DNA of 57,574 nucleotides, the filler included, from Bipalium vagum (taxonomy: Eukaryota), in assembly GCA_037834085.1 (NCBI GenBank). It is 3 parts of 3 records of this genome, joined end to end, with 100 filler letters (N's around TTAATTAATTAA, not from the genome) between each part and the next. Parts side by side here need not be neighbours in the genome. Positions count along the whole stretch, not along the records: positions 1 to 15,762 come from JBBMKC010146881.1; 2 more parts are not named here. One strand, 5' to 3'. The position numbers and the translations under genes are program-made. Below are positions 1 to 10,078 of this stretch, one piece after another. The stretch's first letter is position 1. Every line of letters starts with the position of its first letter. The notes beneath the pieces are model-generated. The model did no database searches, was not told the origin of the DNA, and was given only the letters and a program-made list of their open reading frames with translations.

Positions 1-74
<74 letters not shown>
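1..74. repeat. (TAA)n microsatellite
   Basis: Perfect TAA tandem run from the window start. Confidence 0.97.
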
Positions 75-75
<1 letters not shown>

Positions 76-364
76 GACTTTAAGAGTTATCTTTATACAA
101 ATTTATTTTTATTTCTCCCCTTTTAATTTATCTTCAGCTTTTATTCATTTACACTTTTTATTATGCAATAATTCCAAAATTTCTTTATGAAATATAAAAT
201 ATAATTTATTTATTATTTAAATTCAAAAGATTTCCTAAAAAATTTAAAGCAACGTTAAATTATTGGACCATTGAAATCGTCTAATTAAATATTCCTTAAA
301 TTTTAATTGGTTAAAAATTTTGATTTAATATGATATTTTCCCTTTTTTCTCATTATTAACAAAA

Positions 365-1231
365 ATGATTTCCGTGATATTTTTCGTCCTGATCATGAAG
401 ACGACTTATGGTGAAAGCAATTACCAGGCGGTGCAATCGTGTGTATTCAACCATTTTCAAGTTCTGATATTGACCAATAAGATTTCATGAGCCATGAAGT
501 GTGATTTGAGCGACTGTAAAGGGTTCCAATTCGGTGCTCTTTTCATCAACGACCGATACAATAACATGGTGAGTTTTCTTTTCTTAATCGATTTTTAATT
601 TCGTTTACTCTGTTAAGCTCCACACCGACACTTTGACAGTCGCGTATAACATTTATAAAAATATCAATTCTCAAAGTACCGCAACAAATCCTGATTACGT
701 GTATCAGATCACAGATACAAACGTAGCCGTTCCTTTCGTAACAGATGACAACAATAATGTGATATATGCGCTCGGAAAGAATAATAACAGCAAGTTATAT
801 GCCGGTCGTAGTGGAAAATTTGGTGCAACATTAACTCAAAATATTGCTACATTTCTGACGAATGGAATTTTTACGGATTATACAAAATGTGCTCGGCCTA
901 TCTCAACTTATAAAAGTTTTATTGGTACAAAAAATCTGATTTTTTATGTCTCTAGCGACGAAGATTATGACTTTGCGACACTGAAAGAAAACATTTTCAA
1001 AAATAATTGGCACTTTGACTTTTTTGGACTTCGACCGGGATTATCTCATTCCAAAGCGCGCAGAATTTGGCAAATCTCTACGGTATTTGTTTGACGACCA
1101 AAAGGAGTCCACCGATTCAAACGATTTCGGGAAATCTTTGCAAAAAAATCACCGATTTCAAATCTGAACAATGTTTAATTGGGGCATGTAATACCACAGG
1201 ACACGAGCACTTTATCTATTTATTCTTATGA
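365..1231 (+). pseudogene. Secreted protein with N-terminal PAN/apple-like Cys motif; in-frame TGA and probable late frameshift
   Basis: ATG 365 gives signal-peptide-like MISVIFFVLIMKTTYG, then ...KIS*AMKCDLSDCKGFQF (TGA at 488-490). GT-AG intron 569-617 (49 nt) joins in frame to ORF 633-1094. An alternative frame after the T6 run at about 1020 stays open to 1231 and contains Cys residues. Confidence 0.55.
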
Positions 1232-2099
1232 AATTAGCGTAGCGATACTTTTTTCTTTTGTTATATGTGCAAAATTGACTATTATCAAAATATAATCGAT
1301 GCAGTTTGATTCATTCGGTACTCTCAGATTTCGATTCATGATGTTTATTTGGATTAATATTTAAAATTAGCTCAACACCTTCGTCACGATATCAAACTAT
1401 TTTTTTGGAGTTCGGTAACCAGTAACAACGAAATATTAAAATAAATTTGATAGTTGATGAGTGTATATTATTTCATTAATTGGTGATTTCAAAAATTGAC
1501 CTTGAAAAAGGGTGAAATAATTTAAAATATTGAGGATAATAATTGAAAACCTTCTCCCTCATTCACTGCAGAAATGACCTTCGAAGGGATTATTTATTTA
1601 ACTAAAATATAAATAAAAATATTTTAAAAATATATAATCAGATTTAATAAAATAATTTTTGACCAATGATTTGGTGGAAGTAAATCCCAGTTTAATTGAC
1701 TGTAATTATTACATTTGTGACACAATTTGTAATCTGGTAAATGTGAATTGAGAAAGATGACGGACAAGATTGTAAAAATGATCAATTTTATTCAATAAAA
1801 CCGGTATCGTTTGGTTTCATTGACACTTATAAAAAGAAACCGTGGGATGTGATAATTCTGATCAAAAGAATGTCGACCCGTTGACGACATTAAATCTTTT
1901 TTGTTGTAGTCAAAACCTACAAACGAAATAATCACGTTTTTATAATTATTTATGAATAACAATCAATATAATTGTTGTTATTGTGTTTTATCGTTTGTTA
2001 TCTTTAATTATTATTTTTATTATTGTGTTTTTCAAAAACAAAAATTGCTTACAATTTTTTTACAATAATCATTAGTGATACTTTTTTGTGTTTTAACTT

Positions 2100-2955
2100 T
2101 TTTAAAATTAAATGACCAAGATTATCATAACTTGCTTTTTTAGCAGATAAATATTTTCTTAAAGTTATAAATTTATCGATTAAATATTTCGGTTTATAAA
2201 TTTTATGTCCTTATTCATCTCGTTTAAATTTTATATTTTTATCTAATTCGGTTTTTATACTTGTAATATATTCTGATATTTGTCATCCTTTGACAAGTTG
2301 TATTATTTGAAGATAATTTCTCAAATCTTTTACTTCAAATTGTCTTTATTTGGATTAAATTTTCTCTCTATTAAATATTTTAAATTATCAGCTTTGGGAT
2401 TTTATTTATTTTTGAATATTACAATTATAATGTGCAGGACCTCTATAACTTCCATCATAATGATCATGATCAATTACTTTACAATTTAAACCTTCTGGAT
2501 CGTATTCAAATTCTTCTTTACAAAAAAGACAAATATTATTTTTTATTATATTCTTCTTGTTCTTCTTCTGTTAAGTTATATTGGTTATTTATTTTTAAAA
2601 TATTTTCCAAAAATAATGAAAACTTATAAGCCATTTACAAAAATCTTTTATACAATTTTCTCTTTTGAAAAGTTTTTCAGAAGTTTCAATTAAATTTGAA
2701 TAATAAGATATAAACTTTGAAAAAATAAATGAAGGTTTTTGCTGAAATTTTATAAATGTGTTTGTAAATATTTTTTCATATAAATTTATATTAACATTTT
2801 TAATATACATAATAATGTAATTATAATTATTTGTTTAATTTGGATTAAAGTCTAATTCGTTTAATAATATTTCTTGATAATTGCTTTTAAATCTTATTTC
2901 ATTAATTGGTTCATTAATACATTCAATATCAGCATAAATTACAAAATGAAGTTTT
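2100..2955 (-). mobile_element. Degenerate Polinton/Maverick-type protein-primed DNA polymerase B relic (N-terminal exonuclease plus EndoVII-like Zn finger)
   Basis: Minus-strand translation gives HFVIYADIEC, NCIKDFCKWL and ICLFCKEEF...KVIDHDHYDGSYRGPAHYNCNI, matching the FVIYADFE and C-x2-C...DHxHxTGxYRGxAHxxCN motifs; broken by stops and frameshifts. Confidence 0.75.
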
Positions 2956-3333
2956 ATCTTACTTGAGCTGCTTTCCCAATTTTGACAATCTGCAGCTGCC
3001 TCTCTTTTGGAATGAAGATGACAAAAAATTACTGAAAGTCGCTGGTTTGGAAACAATAATTGAGAAGGATATCGATGCAATCAACAGAGATTATCACGAT
3101 ATTGTCGTTCCTTTCATCAAGAAATATCCGGACATGTTTCCGGAAAATATTGACATTGATAAATACAAGTATTACGTAGCCTTTGTTATGTCGTACAGCT
3201 TCACTGAGCCAGAAAAGATGGATTATGAAGAAACGGACGACGAAGATGAAGGTTATAAAGAAAGGGATGACGAAGATAAAGATTATTATGAACCGGAACT
3301 CCTTCCCTACATGGTCCCCATGGCAGATGTGTT

Positions 3334-4031
3334 CATTTTCGGTGTGGTCGCCAGTTAGTTCTTCTTTAATACACATTGAAAAGATGTCAAAAAGTATTTA
3401 TTCAAACAAAGCATAAATACGTAAACACATAACTAACATATTTCAAGCTAATCAATAGATGCCAAGCTACGAATGCATCATCTATTGTCCTTATAGTACA
3501 GTTGGATATAGCAAATCTAAAAAATGGCTCTGTATTATGATTGGACTTTGAAGTAACTTCCTATTTTTCAATATTCTTATTTGTATTTTATCGAGTTATT
3601 GTATCATTCAGAAATATTCAATATATTTAAATCTCATTATTGATCATCGATTTACGAATTGATTAATTTATTTATTATTGTTTAAATTAAATGGAGATCC
3701 ACTCACGATTTTTTTCAGGAATCATTCATTTTCCCATTGAGCCGTTTCAATGTGGATCACAAAAGGATTAGTAAACAAATCGGTACTATTTTAATTTAAC
3801 AACCCTGTGTTATAAGCAGACCAATCATAATACAGAGCCATTTTTTAGATTTGCTATATCCAACTGTACTATAAGGACAATAGATGATGCATTCGTAGCT
3901 TGGCATCTATTGATTAGCTTGAAATATGTTAGTTATGTGTTTACGTATTTATGCTTTGTTTGAATAAATACTTTTTGACATCTTTTCAATGTGTATTAAA
4001 GAAGAACTAACTGGCGACCACACCGAAAATG
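3334..4031. repeat. Perfect 211-bp inverted repeat (arms 3334-3544 and 3821-4031, 276-bp spacer)
   Basis: Base-by-base reverse-complement comparison showed no mismatch. Each arm holds SETD6 exon sequence, the TSD, the 5' LTR and the PBS. Confidence 0.93.
3931..4012 (+). repeat. 5' LTR (82 bp)
   Basis: Direct repeat of 7396-7484 with 6 substitutions, a 1-bp and an 8-bp indel; contains AATAAA; followed by the PBS. Confidence 0.9.
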
Positions 4032-7000
4032 CACGCAACCAGAAACATGAAAAAAAAATCATTCATGGATGCGTTACCAAAAAATACAGGAAATTTTGGG
4101 ATTTCAAATCAAGCGATATAACGGCAGAAGCCGAAAGTTGGTTGAAAGATATTGAGGAAAGTCTCAGTATAAATGACTTATGCTTTGTTGGAGTATTTGA
4201 TTTGCTATTATCCGAGGAAGCCTCCATCTTATGGAAGAGTGTCAAATCAGAAGCAACAACAAAAGAAGAAGCAAAGTCGTGGTTTGCTGACACATTTATG
4301 GAGAAGAAACTAATAACCGATTTAATTTGCGAATTGTCAGAAGTTAGACAAAATTCGGATGAACGATTTGCAACTTTTGAGATCCGTATTCGGAATTTAA
4401 TGAATGACATCTTTAATTCTGGATTGTTCCGGGAAGAGATCATTACCGAATTTTTAACAAAACAAGCTAGAAGTGCTGGACTTCGAGATGCTCTTGTTTC
4501 GATACCGAACGCCAAAGTCGAAGATATTAGAGCTATGGCCAAACTATATAAAACACGGGAATCTAATATGGACCAGAAGAATAAATTTCAAGTCAATGTC
4601 GTGAGACAAAGAAGCTATGCAGAAATAGTTCAAAGAAAATTTCCCAAAGAATTTCAGCCAAAACGTTCTGGTATATCTGCGTACAATCGAGTTACTAAAA
4701 GGACAAATTTGACATCTGCTCCCATAATTAAAGAAGCACAGAAAGAATATTGAAGAGATGACGGAATTAGAAGACAAGAAAGACGAGAAGATAAACCAAC
4801 ATATTCAGAGCAACGAGAAGCTCCACAATTCTCTACAAAGTATATAGCCAGACGATTTTACAACAGATGTAAATGTATTCCAGCACCACGAGATGAATAT
4901 CTGAGATCGAATCAATGTTTTTGCTGCGGTGGTGACAATCATGTGCGAATGCATTGTCCACTGAAAAACAAATGTCTGATTTGTGGAAAAGATGGGCAAC
5001 TTTTCCGTTCGTGACCGGTATTGAATTCAAATCAGAGAATTCCAAGAAGATTCATGATGAAGTAGAAGATGATTCGCAATACCAAGACGATGCTTATGAA
5101 TCAGATGAAGAAAAAAATCAGGCCGGCCTCATTGCTCACATTTCGTCTGTGGGGTTGAACCATTAAGACTATCCAAAAATCGGAATGTGCCAGATGCTGA
5201 GATATTTGACTCAGCGGATGGCAGACAGTGGAGTTGGATGAAGATAAGAGGTATGAAGATCGAAATGTTGTGGGATTCCGGAGCTTCAGTTACTGTGATG
5301 AACGAAAATTATTGGAACATCAGAATCCACGTCTAGTGGAAAGAAAAATATTGTTGAGTGGCGTATTTTCGTCTGGAGGAGAAAGACCACTTGGATCGTA
5401 CAAAGCAAATATATCTTGGAAGGGAAAGGAGATCGAAGTTGATATTATTGTCGTGAAGAAGCTACAGCCTGACTTTATTGGAGGTGTCGGCATTATGAAG
5501 AATTTTGGGATTCAACTGTGTGTGGTAAATAATATTGAGTAATCAGACTTTATTAAAAAAATATCTGACATAGGTAGGGGAAATCAAGTAATGATGGCAA
5601 TCAATCATCAAAACAGTATACAATTGCGTAATATGTTACTACGATATGCGAAAATATTCATGACCAATTCATTTGATATTGGGCACACCGGATTGGTTAA
5701 ACATGACATAATCATCACCGACTCACCTATTGCACAGACACCACGAAGACAAGCAATGCATCTAGAACATAAAGTTGATGAGATGATTACTCAACTTTTA
5801 GATACCGGTGTCATTTCAAAATGCAAAAGTGCATGGATTGGTATCTATCCGAATTTGCGCGGATTTCAGACGTATAAGCCCCATAACAGAAAAATGCACG
5901 TTCCCGATGCCAGACATGCAAATGCTGCTGGATTGCTTGACTGATTCAAAATATTTTTAGTCAATAGATCTGGGCCAAGCCTATTATCAAGTGGAATTGA
6001 CGGATAATGCTAAATCAATTACAGCATTTAGCACGAAACAAGACCAATTTTGCTTAAACCGGGTGCCTTTCGGACTGGCAACAGCGCCTGCTACCTTTCA
6101 GAAACTGATGCATGAATTGCTTGATGGTTTGGTTCTCAATGTCAAACGAAGCATGAACAAGCCAAGATTTAGAAGCCAAAAACAAAATACATCAGTGCCG
6201 TTCATAATATTACTCTTCAATTGGAAAGAATAAGAAGCGAACAGAAGGCCGATAAACTGATATCTGGATTTATTCAATGTCTTTCAGAAGGGAGGAGAGA
6301 ATACCCTGAAAAATTGAAGAATAACAGTTTTTATCATTTGAGAGATAGGTTGGATGTTATCGATGGCTTGCTGTACTTATCAAGAAGCGAACGAAATCTT
6401 ATTATTATCCCAGAAAGATATATTGATGAATTTGTGGAAATTCATGCCGACCTGTGTCATCTAGGTCGGCAGAAAATATTCAATTATCTGAAAGATCATT
6501 ACTATTGGCCATCGATGTGGAATTCAGTCAAACGATGTTTAAAAACCTGTGATATTTGTGCCAAAAGAAAATTTTATGAAACAAGAACTAAAGAAATCCT
6601 TATCCCGAGAAGAAGTTCACATTTTTTAGACCAGATCTTGGTAGATGTAGAACACTACAAATACATGGTGGTCATTATTGACCGTTTTAGCAAACTAATG
6701 AGTCTATGCTCGATGTCCAAACTTGACGATCAATCAATCTTCAAGGCAATAATGAACCATTGGATTTATAGATTTGGCAAGCTGAAGAGTATTTTAACAG
6801 ATCGAGGAAAGAACTTTGAGAGTTCTTGAATTCAACAAAAAAAGAGAGACCTCAATATCGAGTGTGAATTCAGTTCACCTTACCAGTACCAGTCAACGGT
6901 CTAGTCGAGCGAGAAATCCGAACGATTCGAGATATGATAACCACATCTCTAAAGAACGGTTGTCAAGAAAAAGATTGGCACGAATTGCTCCCAAGAATTG

Positions 7001-7395
7001 AGTTTAGTATCAATGCAACTCAGTAGAGCTCAGCAAAGTTTTCTCCATTTGAGATTGTATTTGGCTACAAAGTCAATCTTTATTCTGGCAGCCGTGACCA
7101 AACCTATCCAGATACAGAAATCATTAGAGAACCTCGAAGAAACTTAGACATTGCAGCCGATAAAATGAAGAATTTCGAAATGGATATTAGAGGTCGACGT
7201 GAGTTTTCAATTGGAGAAGAAGTATTGCACGCAAAGAGCCGCAAAACAGAAAGAAGAATAATTTCCAATATGAAGGTCCAAACTAGATCACAAAATTCCT
7301 ATTCCCACATAAAGTTGAACTGACAGGTCCAGAAGGAATCAAATTAAGAAGAATTGAATGGCTGAAGAAGTGGCATCAGTCTTAATTGAAGGGGG

Positions 7396-7484
7396 AGTTA
7401 TGTGTTACGTAATTATGTTTTGTTCGAATAAATACTTTTTATAACTCTGACGTCTTTTCAATGTGTAGTAAAAAAGAACTAACT
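7396..7484 (+). repeat. 3' LTR (89 bp)
   Basis: Follows the polypurine tract, ends TAACT, and is followed by the TSD ATGTT. Confidence 0.9.
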
Positions 7485-8067
7485 ATGTTGAACATTCAGG
7501 GTGAGACGAAGAAAACCAATATCCGTCTTTTTCCCTTTCTAATTTTTCAGGTTTTAAAAAGTCACTTTAATAATGACCATTGATTGTCAAATCGATCAAT
7601 TAATTATTTAATTGAATTATTATTTAAATGTTTTGTTTTGTTTTGAGTCTCTTTGATGATATTGAGATGATAAATTATTGGGAATATTTTAGAATTTCTG
7701 TCAGCAAATGACGATAGACGATGGCTGGGACGAAGAGAACGAATTTGTGGAGAGCCAGTCAGATAATTTGGACGATTTTGAGACTGTGAAGAACATTCCA
7801 CCGAAATGGAAGGAAATTTGGAGTCGACTTCTCCACAAGGAGTACAAAGCAAAGATCGGTGCTATGGAACAAATTACATCGCCTGGAACTCGTTCTAAAG
7901 TACCTTGTCCTGCGGAAATGGTCAGAACACTGCTGTCCAGCCAGAAGCAGATTTTGGATATTGTCCTAAAGGCTCTCTTGTGAGTACGTTCACACTTCTC
8001 CTATCCATCTGTATTTGTCAGTCATAAAATAATAAAGTGAATTGTTTGCTGATTTATTCATTTAGAG

Positions 8068-9960
8068 TAGTGGTCTTCACAGGTTTTGTGTTGCGACTTA
8101 CTTTCTGATTCCAAATTTTTTCGTGACCCTATGGACTAAACTAAAATTTAAAGTAAATTTTTTAACAGTAAAACTTTAAAATATTTTAAAATAATAACCA
8201 TTTTTATATTCTGGCATAAAACATTAATCCTTGGCTCTATTTCCGTGATGCCTGGTCTCAGTACTAACTCTAGAGCTTTAAAATTCGATCGATATTCTGC
8301 CTAAATATAAGTAAGGGTCGGAAATGATTTTCTACAAAAAAACGGTAGAGGCAAAATGAAGAAGATAAAGTATAGATAATTCCAATAATAGTGGATATTC
8401 TGTTTTTAAAGTAGCCCAAAAGGAGCTCAAGTTTTATTTTTAAAAAATTACTAAGAAGCTCTGAAAACTCTTCTTGAGCTTTAATTGAGAGATGATTCAC
8501 TTTTATTATTCGTATGCACACAGGAATTGGTTGGCATTAAATACTTTTGAAAATGAGTTTAAATGTCTGTCAAATGATCGATTACCAGTGGCTATATTAC
8601 CTCTCAATCTAGCTCATTTTCTTAGAAAAAATTCATCATACATTCGACTCCTCTCTGTTGTAATTTTCCTTTATTATCATTTTTGACAAAAATTAAATGT
8701 AAATAATATTTTGGTTAACTTAAAATTATTTATTTTAATAATTAATGAAGTTAAATTAAAAACTTGAACCAAAAATATTATTTTAGGATCAACTACTTCT
8801 TAATCAGTAGCATGTCGTTACTCTAAAAATTTTTAATTGTAATTTTTAGAAAAATTTTAGAATTAAAATTTACTGTTAGTAATAATTAATTATAGAAGGT
8901 AGGGCATGATTGACAGCTTAAATGGCCAATCAGAGGCGCTAAAATAAACTGTAAATTAGTATATAAATCTGCGAAAATTCATTATTTTTGGTCCAGAAAA
9001 ACCAAGTATGAAATTTATTGATAATTTTATTTTAGCTGACCAGTGGTTTCAATGGTATGGTGTTTGATTAAGAGTTTGAGTGTGATTGCCAAGTGTTTAC
9101 AGTTTTTTGTTGTAAGTTGTAAATAAAAGGTTTCCACCTTAATTTTATTTAATAAAGATCTTTTTGTTAGGTGGTGAGATAACAAGCTCTTTAGGTAATT
9201 CCATAGCAACCTCGGGTCAGTTGAGTTTAGTAAGAGTTGTGCCGACACAAATATTTTATGAGAAAATCTCAACTTTTTCTATCAACGTGATTATTTTTTC
9301 AAGAAAGGCTTAACTTTGAAATCAATTTGAAAATATTTGAGCTTCCTCCTTATAAAGACTATTTTAAATCATTCAATTTTTCAAAAATATCTGACAAGAA
9401 AAAAAATTAAATAACCAGCCTTTATCCAGATAAAAGTCCACCAATTCCGGATTACTTTCCAACAGAAATTGTATTATTTCATTCTTTAATAAAATCAGTA
9501 TTTAAGGACTTGCTTCTTGATAACCATCTTACTTCTGTATGCAGCAAAAGAGAGCTGAACTCTGAATCTATTTCTTTACATCAGTTGGTAAAGAGGTGGG
9601 TATTAAGGTCACAACCTTTAATAAAAGTTAATATTCGTAGTGCGTTTTGCAAAGCTTCGTGTAATTCTGAAGACATTTATTTTGCCACCAATGCTTCTCG
9701 ATGAATTTAGCAGTATTAGGTCCAGATCATTAAGTAATTTTACCTTAGCATGAAAGCCACATTTTTTCCAAAGATTTCTGCTGAAACGTCATTACAAACC
9801 CAACAATAAACATTCCGGGGACAATTTTTAACTGCACATTATTTATTTTGGCATAAAAAATATTTTGAAAACTACATACAAATATCATATTATAATTGAT
9901 AGAGGGGCACTGGAACAAATACTAAGGTATACTTGTTCGAAAGTTTTAGTATATATTTGA
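8068..9960 (-). mobile_element. hAT (Buster/Charlie-type) transposase relic
   Basis: Minus strand 9500-9720 reads IHREALVAK*...LFTN*CKEIDSEFSSLLLHTEVRWLSRSKSL (HREAL and LLLHTEVRWLSRG signatures). C-terminal-like sequence at 8210-8330; TIR-like TAGTGGTCTTCA near 8068. Many stops. Confidence 0.85.
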
Positions 9961-10078
9961 AATTGATAAGAACATCTTTGCATGTTATACCCGAAGACTA
10001 CCTCAAATGAATTTGTAATAGAATTGACAAGCATCATTATATCAATCATCAGATTTTTTAGTCAGTCTCCGCCTGCTA

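Larger units (their letters stand above)
3931..7484 (+). mobile_element. Ty3/Gypsy LTR retrotransposon, internally deleted and decayed (3.55 kb)
   Basis: LTRs 3931-4012 and 7396-7484 (AGTTA...TAACT); TSD ATGTT at 3926-3930 and 7485-7489; PBS TGGCGACCAC at 4012; PPT GAAGGGGG before the 3' LTR. Gag has CFCCGGDNHVRMHC knuckle; RT has IDLGQAYYQ and RVPFGLATAPATFQ; integrase has HHCC, IDRFSK, LTDRG, GLVER. RT YxDD and RNase H are absent. Confidence 0.93.
2957..7983 (+). pseudogene. SETD6: SETD6-like N-lysine methyltransferase, disrupted
   Basis: 2957-3328 reads YLSCFPNFDNLQLPLFW...VAFVMSYSFTEP...MVPMAD (SETD6 SET core). 3821-3930 plus 7490-7500 reads AWHLLISLKYVEHSG (cf. human RWDFLCKLEMVGEEG) across the LTR insertion. 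Last exon 7693-7983 has KWKEIWSRLL...QKQIL (Rubisco-LSMT-type C-terminal domain). The LNH...YGF segment and the N-terminus were not found, and the exon after 7550 contains stops. Confidence 0.85.

Noticed and set aside
1330-1392. SECIS element for the TGA at 488
   Set aside because: An ATGA is present, but I could not form the GA quartet and helix.
3029-4753. Two ORFs starting MCIKEELTGDHTEN as duplicated genes
   Set aside because: Both start inside the LTR/PBS copied by the inverted repeat.
3931-7484. Two of six LTR differences at CpG sites as evidence of methylation
   Set aside because: Sample far too small.
7485-7496. ATG TTG AAC (MLN) after the 3' LTR as the continuation of SETD6 MVPMAD
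   Set aside because: The TSD ATGTT ties this flank to 3926-3930, in the LKYVEHSG frame.
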